Assembly (NCBI GenBank): GCA_002633005.1
Contig: NMRA01000760.1
Span: forward strand, 9,432 to 73,431
Length of the DNA stretch: 64,000 bases
DNA from: Phoronis australis
Taxonomy: Eukaryota > Animalia > Phoronida
Direction: 5' to 3'
Within the stretch, counting starts at the first letter, position 1. The number at the start of each line of letters is the position of its first letter. Under the pieces are notes generated by a model. That model was given only the letters and a program-made list of their open reading frames with translations, made no database searches and had not been told where the DNA came from. Shown one piece after another: positions 26,212-41,100 of the stretch. Position numbers and translations under genes: made by a program.

Positions 26212-29200
26212 TAGGGTTAGTCAACCCATTGAATTTCCCTAATCAGTGAGTGTGTCAAGACAGGATTCTTCTCATGTCAGAATGACAGTAAGTGGTCTAA
26301 ATCAAAAGGAATTATTTTGATGGAAGCATTAATTTGTTGTTTTTCATCCTTTAAAAGAATACAGATAATCTTGTTTTTGGTGATTTCACCGAAACTTTGT
26401 TCTGTCTGGTGGTAATGAACCACTGGTAGCTCACTTGATTGACAAAAAGCAGTAGTCAAGTAAAAACATTTACTCTCTGTCTTGACTCATACAATGGGTT
26501 TTGTGGTTTTAGTTGGTTTTTGTGTATTCCTTCCCCCCAATTATCCTATCAATCATTAAGCAAACCTAATGGTAACAGGATTTGCAGGCAAGTGGACAAA
26601 AAAGCGTGCACTGTTTACCGCAGAGTACACAGCACAGTCCATGGCACATCAAAGGCTTGATGGCACTGTCACAGATTGAAGTGAGCTTGTTGCTATTCAT
26701 GGGCTGAGCTGACCATGCTGGATGAGATAACTGCGGTCGTAAACCAACACACCTATTTAGCGTACGAGTTTCAAAGTCGAAAAGTGAACAATACGTAAGG
26801 CGAACGACCAAAATGACTGTTTTCAAAATTGAAAAGTAAATAGTAGTCATCTTTGAATTTTTAAAAGCAATGCGAGGTGCAAATGTGACCTTCTTTGGAG
26901 ACAAGTAGAGGTCGTTCAAAAACCAACACATTGGAATTGAAAGATCTAGAATTAGCGATTTGACGTAATAACGCTACACTATAATGTCTGATGGAAAGAA
27001 ATAACAGCCAGGCTCAATAATGGTAAACTTTCTCGGGCAAAAGTGCGTCAAACGTGCTGTTTTGTAGAGCTTAAAAACTATGGCATGAAGTACATTACAG
27101 TATGACAGTTCTGTTGAAGTCTGTCCAGTTTATTTTTGAAGACGACTGTATTAATCAGAGATCGAGTGGAGAAAATTGTTAATATCTGTTAATAGACCAA
27201 AACCGGGTTAAGATCAGTATCCTTTTGAAGGCTTGCTGCATTTTCCTTTTTACCGATGCAAAAATCGATGCGTAAATTGTGGGATAGAAGTCATCCAATC
27301 CAAAATCCAGAAAGTGTTACGCGGACAATCGTGTGCTCGGTAAGCCGGCAGTTTACTTTGGGTATATGCTACCTCCTCTTTACTGGTTTCTGTGATAAAC
27401 TGAACCTATGGCTGCTTGTAATTAGACTTAAATAAAAGTGATTTCTACATTATCTACATCGACTACCAGTGTGACTTTGGAGGACTGCTTTCCCATGATC
27501 CCTTTGTCACCTGCTTTCTGAATGCTTAAAATTCTATCAAGTGCTGTTTGATGACAACTACATTCAAACCAAGTTGACAAAATTTTCACATAGTTTACTT
27601 CTGCTGAAAGATTTGACAAATAAAAATTCCACTTTTGCATAAGGGGTCACCAGCATCCTAAAACCAACAATTTCTATTGTAACAGCTGCCTAAGACATGT
27701 TGTATTACTCAACTCAGCCACTGGCATATCCCTGTGTTTTTAGTCCATCTCAGTACAACAGTCGTCTGACAAACCAGATCAGACATTATAATGTGTTTTA
27801 TAATGAAAGCCAACCAACTAATGACCATAATGACTGACACAGGAGATGCCATGGTAATTTGTGATGAGGCACAGACATTCCAACCAAACATTCCAGCTAT
27901 AGATACAACTGTGACCTCAAGAGACCAGGCAAAAGTACAGAAAGACAACACATTTGTCCAACTTCAGAGTAACAATTAGGCATTAAAGTCAAATTAAACT
28001 CGTAATTACTGTCCAAATACCAAAGTTTGAATGAAACCACTCACCCTTAAGAAAATAGTCTAGAATTATTCCCGAGTGAAAAGAAAATGTGCTCTCTAGG
28101 ATTGGAAAGAACCAACAGTTTATTTCTTCAAGCCAATCTAATGATATTTCAGGTTACAGAGTGAAAGAAAATTTCAAGAGCTGGTACTGAAGAAATAATC
28201 AACTTTCAGTTCTCCCTGACCTTACAGACTACTTCTAAAGCAAGTAAGGAACAAGACAAGACCACTGTCACAACAGTATATGGTGTAAACCAAAACTTTG
28301 TTTTTGGGCAGAAAACATAAGGGCTTAGTGTCGCTTTAACTCCGTTGGTATAGATCCTACGTGCATCTGGGAGTACTCTAAGATAGGTACTCTTTTCATT
28401 TGTCAATCCGAGAGTAACATGATCACATAATTATGTGAAATATTGTTAGCTACTGGAAGTTGAAAATATGGCATGCGCTCCACATTTTAATACTGCTGTT
28501 GAAATTACTAAAGGATGAAATACAACGCAGGGGGTCCATTTACTACAGTCAATATTTAAAGTGAATGTGATTAATTAAAACTGAATTAAGCCAGAAAATT
28601 GATTAAAAAATTTTCCTATTGTTTGTAACAGAAAGACATTCACCAACCATCCAGAAACCTCCTAGCTAGCCATTGTTGTACAACAGCATACTTGTAGGCT
28701 CTTTACTTGCAAGTCAAGTTGACTTTATGGCATAACAGCCAGAATTATGAATAGTTTGGAATGTGCAGTAGTTCAGTCCACCCAGCAACCATCTCTAACA
28801 TCCAGTTTATACTACAGTTGTGGATTGACTTAGTTATTTCCATACAACCCTATGGGCTAAAGTCGCTTCACATCTGCCTTTATATCACATAAGTGACTAA
28901 TCTCGACCCGCTCAAGTTGCTTCCTCTACTCTACCAAGACCGAGGATGTTTAAATGCTGACATGTTCCACTGGAGAATCTTGCTGCCCTTGCTGGACAGA
29001 ACGACGTTCTTCCAGACCTTAACTAGTATCATTGTCCTTCCCTCCTTCCAACTGCCATTTCGATTTCTTTGGCCATACAAGTATTGTGTGTAATGTGTGT
29101 AGAGAATACATGTCACTGGGGTGGAAAATCGTGAACCAGATTAGACACAGGAACCAATATCTGTACGACACTTCACCCATCAGAGTCGATGCGATTTGAC

Positions 29201-30138
29201 TGCCGGCTTACATTTACGACATACACATCGGCTAATTCATAATTTGGCTTAAAACCATCTCCTCACATGGGTTTGGCTCGAGACGATTACAGCTCATCCG
29301 GTACCGTTTACACACGCTACACAAACTGACTTGAGCCACAAAGGGGAGGAGATAGAACTACCCAGATTGACATGTACAACACCATTTTGGATTACATTAT
29401 ACATGGTATTCACACTTGTAGCTTTCGAAAAGAACACAGTACAGTCTTGAGTTTGAGTGAATGCATAACAAGATGGCAACTAGCACCGGGAAATGCCAAG
29501 GGAAACTGTAGGATTTTTTGACATTTTATTAGAAATTGTAACAAGACAGGTCCAAGTATTTAGTGTGCTTTCAACATATATTTGGGGCTTTAACATTTCA
29601 GCTTACCAATTCAAGTTCGGAACTAGAGTTCACAGCTTGAACTGAGGTCATCTCATTGTGTAAATGTGGATTGAGTACTTCTCTGCGTAAAATGTGAAGT
29701 TTTTGAGCACGAAATAAAAAACCCTACTCTTGAAATCTTACAAATTACGTAAAGGAAAATAGCAAACGTAAAGGATACAGCTAAAGCCTATTTAGCTCTC
29801 ACTATAAGGGCGCGTTCTGTAACGCTGGTCACGAGTGAGGTCGTCGCAGCAAGACGTGTTGGTTTATGCAATGGAAATAGCAAGTTTCCTCCCACAATTC
29901 AACATTCTGGCCTAGCCGCCAAATTCCTTCACTGGCAGCCATGTTGTTAGTGTACACAAGTAAGCTCGCATTTAGCCTACAGTTGAAATACCGTAGCTTT
30001 TCATTAACGTATTGCCTGATCCTGGACCTCTGAACTTAGCACAAAATGAATGCCATACTTTAAAAATATAAAAACAACCAAAGACGCACAAATGAATCAG
30101 TGGTTGGAAACAAAAACCAAAACTTCCAGTTTACTTAC

Positions 30139-30231
30139 AAGTACACTTTTGGTTAGGTTAGGTATGTTCACCAGTTGAATTCCACACAGCTGGAAGGTCA
30201 TAACTTATGTGCTTCGTCTAGACATCATAAC
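30139..30231 (-). other. Candidate non-coding 5' UTR exon of the tetraspanin (93 nt)
   Basis: Acceptor ttttgtgtcttgtag and donor |gtaagt bound an exon-sized segment upstream of the ATG exon. There is no transcript evidence. Confidence 0.4.
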
Positions 30232-33200
30232 CTACAAGACACAAAATGTTGAAAGTTGAACTGAGCATTATAAGACAGCAAAAATAAACGGACATTCCCC
30301 TGAATAATACAGGAAACCACAAAATATGAAATTCAGAATCAAATATTAATTAATGGGGACTGTGACTACAAAAATCAGGGAAAGTGACATCAAAGTCTTC
30401 AATGCACACTAATGCGGGAAACAGTGTTAAAAATGTTAATTCTGACATCAACTTGCCATGGTATCTTTTAAGTTATTCGTACTTTGAGCCATGTCAGCAA
30501 AATGCCAGTGACCACCAACTATATATACACCAAAGGTTGATTTTTAGTCCACATTAGACTGCTACCGCTTCCTTTGATCTTACCATTGAGNCCCCGCAGC
30601 TCCTTCCCACGTCACGGCTTCACACTGATGTGTTGCCCTATTCAGATCTCATAAACCATGAAACTTGGTATGTCACGCACAACACTTTTAGCAGAAATCT
30701 AAAGTTAATGCTAATTGATATAGTATCGCTCTATTGCTCAGCAACAACTATCAATTCAACATCTAACAAAACTTGATCATGAATATCACATGATCCAAAG
30801 TGTTTTACTTAAATGCAAAATACTAAGCATCGTGAGATAACTCGAATGTCAAGTTCCTCAGACCTGGTATTGGGGAAACAAACACACACCGGTACACACA
30901 CATGCTCACGCACACATACATCATCAGCGATCAACATTCTTGGCAAATTGATTTTTCTCACCACCACACTGAAAACCCCCAAAGTCATCACCAGGTGCTA
31001 ACAGACACCAGTTCTTTCTACTTTCTAAACACCAAAGATCCTAACTGACAATGAGGTTATCATCTCTGCCCTGTAAAGCACACAAACCCACTGGAGAGGT
31101 CTGATTAGCCAGCTCATCTTAACACTATCAACTTGCATATCCCACTGTCTAATATCATTACTAGCTAATTGGTGTCTAGAAGACTGTTTACACAGATCCT
31201 GGTGATCTCAGGTTTGGCAGGCCACTGACCAGAGGGAGACCAGTTTCAGACTAACACACAGTTGACCTTTAGCTGAAGCAAACAAAGTAGTTCACACCCT
31301 AGGAAGCAAGGAAAACTGTGCTTTTCATGAGGGAAGATGAACTTTAAGGAATTAACTTTCAAAACATACCTGTTTTGGATTCAACACTTTAGGAAATTCT
31401 TAATGTAATTTTCAGCATTCACTCAGCCTGTCAGCAGTATGGTAATATGATTAAAGTAACTATCAAGACCAAGGGCAGCTTGTGAAATGACTTTTACAGT
31501 TTTATTAAAAATGCCATTAACGTTCAACTAGGGAGTTGAAGAAAACAGTGAAGCATAAAATGCGGTGCTGTAATTAACCCAACACTACAAGGAAACCATG
31601 CAAAACGACAATGGTACGAAGACATGATGGAAAAAAAGTTAAGTGGAAGATCAGTGTACAGACGTGGATGAATAACTTGCAGTTTTGAGAGTCTTTGTAT
31701 GAGTACCGACCTATTCAAACTCAATCTTGGATTACGCCACAAGACAGTCCACAGGGTAGAGTTCAATAGCTGGCTCGCGGCGAGAAAAATCTAGCCAAAA
31801 TCTTGTGCTCTCATTGAATATACAATATGTCATGTAATCTCCCAAAATCTTGCTTTGCTAGTGAGGTTCTAGAGTTTTTGAACTCTACCCAAGCTTCCCT
31901 CATATTGATCCAGCTCAGAGCACCATGGGGCCTCCCTTCAATGAACTACAGTCAAATTCTGGTACCAGGGATGTCTCACTGCATATGAATGGTTGATTGA
32001 CTGCTAAATGGACTGAGCTATCAATCATTCTATGCTGTAATGTTGTCAAACATTGGACAATCCTCAGTAATGTTTATCTTGTGGTTTACCAATGATAACA
32101 TCAAACAGTTCAGGCTGCTGTAACACAGTCTAACACTGAGCGACAGTTACAGCTGACTGGTTTCAAATCAAAACATTGGACTAGGGCACCACTCCCCTAC
32201 TGCCAACGACACATCAACATTCACAGCAGAATGAACAAAGCACAAGCCAAAGTTGTCTCCAAAGTTCCAATAGGGTTGGAAATATGTGCAACCTTCAAGA
32301 AAAACTTTTGGAAGTAGAACATGGGTTTGAGTTTTTATCATTTATTGTAAATTGGTAGACTACACGTTTTTATGGTTACCACGGTAAATGCGTGAGTCTG
32401 TCCATCACATGGACAGTTGTCTCTATCAACACACACAGTTACAACTTATTCGTTGGACAATTTATATTTAAATGGACATTATTGGTTTAATGGGTAAAAA
32501 ATGTTTTTTAGGATTATTGTTATCAGCTTAGTCCAGAGCCGCAAAACATAATTTGTTGCTTTCATGATTTTATTACAAACTCGCAATTTTCACATACGCT
32601 GAAATACAGGTTGGTAACTCAACCAATAAATGCAGTTAAAGTTAATTGTGCCAGCAGACCATTTGGCTGTGTCATTCAGGTTTCCAGGTTCAATTCCACA
32701 CTGAGGCTGATATTAGAAAATCAATTTTATCTCACTTTAAGTTTTATGAAACAATGAACTCCTCAATCGTCGTGGCGTCTGCATAATGTTGAAATCTTTC
32801 CCATACTCCCCGTGTTACATGTACATTAAATTTAAAGTCTAAAGCAGATTTCTTATTGGAGTTTCTCAATAAAAGCCACGAATGTTTCTTCATAAAGAGA
32901 GAGAAAGAAGCATTTCCAAATGACCACCATTCAGCACTCATAAAGAGACAGACTTTCCAAAACACACAGACATACCCAATAGTTATCACACTCATATTCC
33001 TCACACAAATTACAGCAGGTAACCCATACCACCTCTGGGTCAAGGTTACGGAGAACCTTATCCACAAGTCTGTATAATTAGCCAAAATTATAAAATTCAA
33101 CTTGGCAAAAGGATATTATTTTCTGAAAGTAAAAATTCCGTAGAATTTGATTGTTGACCTTATGCCAATCTGCCATTAACTAGGAACCGTACTTTTTAGA

Positions 33201-33819
33201 AAAATTTAGCAAAACACCAGGACCAATTATATGACAAAATTCTGTATGATATACATGTTGAAGATGAAATCACGAAAAAAGGATCCTACATAACCTAAGG
33301 CGTCAGTTTGGGACACAGTACAGTGGACAGATGACATTTCATTGTGTCAAATTTCTTAATAAAAAGAACTTTTCTGGAGACTTTACTTTGCTTTCAGAAT
33401 GGTTTCTATGGTGACGCTATTAATAAACAACATTTGGTAGAATTTTCAGCATTTATATTTCATATAATGTGACAAGCCTCTGAAAAATAGAAATATAGCA
33501 ATTTCACCACTTATTCTTGTTCCAAACTGAAGAATTTTTACCATAAATTAGGAAATTCAAAGTTCAGGAGTAGAAGATAAGGAAAACTTAAAAACACAAA
33601 ATTTTTCTGAAGTCGGGATGAGTATACAATAGAAAGAAAGTCCCAAACATGCCAGCACAATGCCTGCATCTTGGTTCCATACTCACTGCCATTTAGCAAG
33701 CAGTGTCCAACACGCTGTCCAACGTAGTTTGTATCACCATTCACGCTTACTAAATAACGTGAACACAGAATCAAGATGCTGTCCGTTTACTAGGCTGTTT
33801 ACGCAGCTTTCTACAGCTG

Positions 33820-33852
33820 CCTGGGTACATCCTGGGTACATCCTGGGTACAT
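33820..33852. repeat. 11-bp tandem repeat, 3 copies
   Basis: cctgggtacat three times. Confidence 0.9.
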
Positions 33853-35080
33853 CGGAGGGAAAAATGTTTGTCCAAGATAACTGAAATAAGGAAACATTAC
33901 AAATGGTTCCTTTAACCATTAAACAGAATAGATCATAGATCAATTTACAGCACATTGGCAGTTGTACCTCAAAACTTACTATCATGTTTCTGATAATTCA
34001 ACAGCAATTCAATCTTAGCTGCTGCCTACCATTTTCTCAGCAACATGCCAACAAAATACAATCAACTAGGATATGTAATCTACCCTTGATTGACAATGAA
34101 ATGAATGACATTTGTTCAAATCAAACAATATTCAGATGAAAAGACGGGATTATAGTACAGTAATTCTCTACTAATTTTGCACAAATATAATTGCCAAAAC
34201 TGCAATTGTTCCATTTCTCAACCCATGCTACCGATGGACAAAATTTTCTCAACTTTTATTTTTGTGGAAATTATTTTTGCCAGAATAGAATTTCACATCT
34301 CCGTCAAGCCGTAAACTAACTCGTTAAAGAATTACCATGACCTCAAAAATTCATCTTGAATGGATGAAACATTTCTCCGTTTCCAACAAAACACTACCCA
34401 ATCCATAATCATGAATGTGGATGCAAATTGAATGCAACTGTGGAGTAATACCTTCTAATGCATGTACTTGTTCATATTCTGACTAACATTTCAACAACTT
34501 AATCCGTTACCAACATCATCAGGGCTTTCCCTGGACATGAACATGGTGCAAATTCCCCATCATGTTTTTGCGTCCTAATTTCCTTTCAAAAACAACTACC
34601 ACTTCCATATCATTTTACTGATTGAATGTGTCATTATAATTTTCACTGCAAAATAATAAGTACCACCGGGCAATCACTTGAGTTGTAAAGCAGAAAAAAA
34701 TGTCTTTTCAAACATGGCTTCAGATTCTAAACATGGCTCAGGGAATTCCAAACATGGCTCAAGATTTAGGACAGTGGTGCGAAACATGTCCAACATGGTG
34801 CAGTTCCAAGTCTAAATACATGAAGGGATAGCACCGGTCATGGACATGCACGTTTAGAAAGCTTCCAGCAAGTTTTCCCCAAAAAGTTTTAAATTTCTAA
34901 AGATAAAAGACTACATCAACTTCCAGTCAAGTTCACACACTCAACCAACGCTGCCATGCTTCTTTTAAAAAGCACTCTCCTCAACACCTTACTATAATGA
35001 ACATCCACTGTTGCAAGTTAATCAATCAAAACTATGGCAAAACAATAACGATAATAACTTCTCTAAGGCTGTTGATTAAT

Positions 35081-35146
35081 CCACAGTCATGCTGATCTAC
35101 AACCACGGTCAGGCTGATCTACAAGCACGGTCACTCTGATCTACAA
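35081..35146. repeat. 22-bp tandem repeat, 3 copies
   Basis: ccacagtcatgctgatctacaa / ccacggtcaggctgatctacaa / gcacggtcactctgatctacaa. Confidence 0.9.
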
Positions 35147-38100
35147 CCTCACAGCAGACTAGTCAGTATTTCTATGACCCCTGGTTACCTTCAATATTAT
35201 AATCATTCATCATTGCTTCAGCAGCAGTTAATCACCATGACCCAGTTATTTCAAACTGATTGATAAGTGGAACACTTCCTGGGCTATTGTAAGACTTTTC
35301 TCTTGCAATGAAGTGATGAGCAGAGACTGTTTTGATGTTGACTAATGCATGTTTTTTTCAATTTACATCACAACAGTCAAGATGGCAGAGGGTCGGAATT
35401 TCATTTACCACAACAAATATTTAACTAGAAAGTGACTTTTACATCATTACTAAACACAACAGAATGTATCTAAAGAAAACTTTTAACATAGAACTCTTAA
35501 GCAATGTGAGAGCGTGAAAACAACTTTCGAATGATCGAAATTCAAATTCCGGAAACCAATCTAGGTCAATTTGACAAATGCAAAAACGCTATTTTTTCAA
35601 TCTGGGACTTTTTCGAAGTAGGATATTTTTGCATTCATGAATTAGTTGCAAAACTGGTTATTTGACAATGAGTATCATCACAACTTACTGTTTAAAAATA
35701 GTGAAATCCAAGATGAGCCAAAGACAGCGCTGAACACTGTCCACCAAATACATCTTGCTTACTGCTCTTTTTATTTTATCTAGGTCTTCTGATCTTGTTG
35801 TGACTGTTCAGTGTCCACAATTTTTACAAAACATTGTCTTATAATGGTAGCCTTGGCACCGAATCTGAACATGACAAAGCATTTTGTGCCACAAATTTTT
35901 TAATGGAAAATGTTCTGTTATCCGCTGCAATAGTGCGTCCTCAGGTTTTTCTGTAGTCTTAATGCAGGAATGATGCATGCATGAGGCATGCATGAGGCAT
36001 GATTAACCGTCTCCTATATTATTGTTCATAAACAAAACGGTGTCTGTATTCCTAATGTATTTCTCATAAATAATTTTATGTTGATGGTCAAACATCAAAA
36101 TTCACAGAAAATTGTTTAAAAATTATATTTCACGTCAGTGCACATGGTCAGGCACGTTGGCATATTAACTTAAAGCACCCAAGTCTTTCGTGTAAATACT
36201 GCCATTTAAAAATATGAAGATCTTGTAAACATTGAGATGGGGAAAAAGAATGTTTTGCGCACTCATGAATTATTAAGGCCAACGGGAAAATTATCAAAAA
36301 ACAGCATAACATTACGGTAGTTCTGCAGTTGGTATAAAATGAGTGACCTCCATAGAATATTCTAAAAAACAGTAAGTATTTTCTGACGTGAGATGCAATA
36401 ACATAATTCATTGTATGGAAAAAGCATATTCTACCAACAAGAATTCTTGTGAAAACGTTCATGCGTAGCACATGCACAGTACGAGACAAAAGTAATCAAA
36501 CAAATACCATTTCGCGTCATGACAGCCAATTTTGTTAACAGCAAGAATATCTACTAAGGTGGCAAAATTCTAATTGAGGAATGGCTTCGTCACCTTACTA
36601 ACCTACTTGTTAATAATTTTTCACTCTCAGTCATAAGAGAAGACTACACCAACGTCTTAATTCAGTTTCTGCCCAGCCATCATGACAGGGTCATTTTGTG
36701 TGAATACTTTTGGATTGCACTGTAGGTGCTACTTCCAGATGTCTGTCAACCATTAACAGAACAAAGACAAACAACAAAATCAAAAGTTAGTTTTGATGAA
36801 TGAGAAAATAATGAGTTCATCGACTCAGACAGAAAAATAATCTCCGTCACCTAGCAATTGCGTAAGGGTTTGCATGCATGGCATAAAAAATTAAGTTATC
36901 GGAAGGAAATGTGATCCGACTACCTCCCCAGTACTGGGGTCACAAACTGTCTGACAATTCATTCCTAAGCTTTACTTTGCAATATGATCCACACAATGAA
37001 ACCCAGAACTAAAAGAACTTGTGAGTCACAAGAAAATCAGGAACTATGTCACCACCTTAGTCCATCAAATATAACAACTTTTGACTTGGTTGGTCCTTTC
37101 TTAGCTTGGAAAGAATTGACAAGTTTATTACTGTCGGGAACACGCTCTACTAACTTGACCACTGTGGTAAAAATTCATAAGTTTGGGACACACATTTCTC
37201 AATAAAAACAATTCTTCAAACCTCACGTAAACCAGACAAAATCTCATAAGAGACGACGATTTCCGCCAATTTTCAGTACCATATTCCCTTTAAAGGAGGC
37301 TTGATTACTCCATGCCATGTACATGAAACTTGGCTTACCTCAAAATCCAACTGCTGCCTGGTGGTTTGATAAATGGTCCCATTATGTAGCATACCCAGCA
37401 GAATTAATGAAGACCACATTACGTTTTAGGTTGTAAAAGTCATATTTTTTGTCCAATTTTCAAAATTCAAAAACCTAATCACCTGTGCTTTTCACGAACT
37501 AAACTTTCAAAACAAAACTTTAAGAATACTATTGTCGCCCCTAATGTGTTTTAGATGGGTCTCATAATCTAGAGACCGATAACATCAGTAGCCTAAGATG
37601 ATTTAATTACCGTAGCAACCTGATGCCTTTGATCTAACCCGGCAGATTCCGAGGTGTGCAAACTGGTGGAGTTGCCCAATCTTAACCGATTATGGCGTCA
37701 AAGTAGGATTCTTAACACGTCCGAGGTTCTACAAGTTCAATGTTGTGAGTATTGCCAAGCAGACCAGATTTTATTCTAGTACAATAAACTTTCCTGGATG
37801 GATCAACACTTCTTCTTGTAACTGATCATTTTCATAAATAATGGTAAATGGCGGAAGAACAATTTTCAGATAGCCTCAAAGGATCAAACCCAACACTCAA
37901 TATTCGTTTGAGAATACAAATGAACTTTCCCATATGGTGTTTACTATGATGACTGGAAACTTTGATGATATCACTGCCGAATGGGAAACGTAAGCGAAGT
38001 TTTGGCGAAGCTTCGGTAAACAGAAGTTCCCCTAATGGGAAAGCACCTTGAAACAAGGAAACCCGGAGGTAAGAACCAGCTATGCACCTATCACACAGTA

Positions 38101-41100
38101 CTAGTGACTCCCATGCAGACATCCTCAGGCTATTGCCAACTTCAGCATTGTACAATAGTTTGCACTACACACACAAGAAAAAACTCCCAATTTCTAAAGG
38201 GAGCTAGATTGCTTCTATTCCCAAAAAACATAATGCATCGACTATGGCAACATTGAAAATTTTAAAACTAAAAATTGGAAAAGCAGGAACAAGACAAACC
38301 TTCCAACATGACATTCCCAAGAGCTTGACTGGTGCAGACTCAAGAGAGATTTCCCTAACACTCACACACTGCATACTCAAGTGTAGGTTTTCATGACACA
38401 GGAATGCGATGGGCTTTGTTCTGGGGCTCTTAGCAGGGAGTTCACAAACCTGGTTAGAGTTCAAGGACTCTGCTAGCTGCTAGAAAAGCATAATCATACA
38501 AGATTCTGCGAGATATCGTCATCTATTTTCAATGAAAGCCTGTGATACTGGCTAGTATGTTCTCACTACGAGTCAGCTATTAAACTCTATCCTCACAGTA
38601 GGTTAAATGATAACTGTGAAATCCACTACTTCTAAGTTTTTTATTCCAGAGCCAACAGTGCTGTAAAGAATGCCAGACTGCTTGTATGCCAGGAATAGGA
38701 CACTGTAAGGTTGTGTAGGACCTTACCCACTATGTTTTCAGCTAAATATCTGCAGAACTTTAGATTTTAACCCGTATATTTTTTGAAAGTTGAAAGCTTG
38801 TTGACCAAAACCGACCATTTTTTAAGCAAAATTTAGCAACAAACGAAAGGTCCATTAAAATATAGCAAAACAACGGTATCAAAACATGATAGAATCCACT
38901 TGGATGTTCAAGATGAAATCTTAAAACCGCTACTGCAGTTTTCTAAACTTGACTTCACATTAGTTCACGGAATTTTTTAGTTTTTTCATCAAAGTAATAG
39001 ATGATATTTTTGATAGCCCCTCATGCAAAACTGGAATATTTTAAAAACAATTTCATAAAGCACTTAAGAGAACAGCGTAACTACACTATTTGAAAGTTTC
39101 GTACTGCCATATTCCAATCAGCCATTTTTGAAATATGCTCTGAAGACAGCCGAATTTGGAATTTTTCTAGGGTCCTACATACCTCAAACTCGGAAGTTTC
39201 CAAAGCATAAAACACCAGCGGACACACGACTATACTCCTTTCACTTGGAACACTAGGGTCTAAATATTCTAAGAAGTAAATTTGGAAGAACTGACAATAC
39301 TGTATCACTTAGTACTGAGCTCAATAGAGTGTCAAGCTTTAGTGCCCAAGTTCATTCATCAAAACCAGTGGGTGATCCACTAATTTGTAAAGGAGGAAAC
39401 CAAAAAATTAGGACAATAGACTTGAAAAAGACAACCCATTTACAGGGAGCAGGGTGGATCAACAAGCACCTGTGCACCAGGGGCGACATTTTGTTTCACA
39501 AAGGTTTATGTTTAGGTCCCATCTCGCGAGGGGATGATCACTCCCCTGTACATCCGTCACTGGGAAACTTTCACGAAAAGTAATAAAAGCTTTTGTAGAG
39601 TCTTGTTTTTGTAACTTCATACATAAGTTCTGATCATTGCCCAGTGGAGTGGAAGACAACATTGACAGGATCCCACTCATGTGAGTGGCATGTTCAATAT
39701 ACAGTTACCCACACTGGATTGTTCCTCCCAATACCAAAACACTCAGGAACCTAAACCACAGCTCATTAACTCCACTTGCCAATTAGTCAGGGGTCAGGCC
39801 AATCCCAGCACAATATTGAATGTCACCAGGTGGACATGCCCAATATCTCAACAAGTACATGAGTGTGCACAGGCCGGTGGAATCCTGGACACCCAAAGGG
39901 GGCACTTTTGTAGCAAGGTACACTGGATGGACACTTCAGATTCCATAAGATACCATTCCTTTAACAATTAAATTCTCAAGAGAATAGTTCACCTTTTCGG
40001 GTGTAACTTCAGGAAAGGGTTCCGTTTTTGCAACAAATCCTAAGACTATGGCTTCATAATTATTTACAGCATAGCTCACAAACTTTTATCCTACCAGTCG
40101 TAAACAAATCGGTCAGGTCATCCACGGGGTCGGCTAAAATTTAACAGACCTGCAGCAGACCTCCATGAGTCCACCGCAGTGCACACCTTCAATGCAGACT
40201 CCTCAGCACTGTTGTCATGTCACGTTTAATGTATTTTTCTGGATTTTCACAAATTGGACTCTAATAATGAGAAATTGGTTTATTGCAAGCACAAGATAAT
40301 TGTGACTCAGCATGTGATGATTTGCAAGTTGTGTGGGATTTCGACCCAAGAGTATACCATAGAGGGGATCAAGTTAACTATTCCTAGTGGACTGATGCTT
40401 CTCTGGTCCGAGTCAGCTAGACAACAAGTCAACGACCAATCGCCGACTCCTTGCCGACTTGTCAGACAAAAATTTGTGACCTGTGCTGTAAATTTCTTCA
40501 GTTATCAACAAAATAGTCCAAAGGTTTTTATATTCAATTTCCACTTTTTAAATAAACATTTCGTAGGTTTCAAAAGCTTGCAGTACTGTTAAAAATGCCC
40601 AAAATTTCAGTGTGATGAGAGCGGCACGGTATAAACAAAAAATGAAGTCCAGTCTTTTTCCTGTTTACTTGAAGAGAAAATTTTTATGAAATAAAATTTC
40701 ACCATTTCCATCACATTGAGTTCTGAACTGATGAATTAGTGAAACATTTGCCGTAACTGAGTACCTCCCCCCATTATCAAAGCTGAGTAAACGCCACCCC
40801 CCTCCCCAACAGCAAACTTTGACAGCAAAAATTTGTAATGAACTAACCCCCTCCTTAGCTACTAAGGGTCAGCTTTTGAAATGCTAATTCACAATACACA
40901 TAACCATGTAGGCTTTAAATCCTACTTAATCAAAGCAATGTATTGAAAATTTTCATTCAAATCCTCTTGCTTCTTTATTCCAAACATATTAGTTCAATGA
41001 GAGACTACAAATCGGTAGCAACAACAGAACACCTTAATTATCACACACAGGTGTTGTAGGCTCTCAGTCATGATGACCAGTAACCTGGGATGACTCATGA

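Noticed and set aside
28931-29116. Minus-strand ORF (LYGQ...GR...WKNVV...W) vaguely like an RTE-type LINE C-terminus
   Set aside because: The similarity is too weak to call by eye. It would need a translated search against RTE ORF2.
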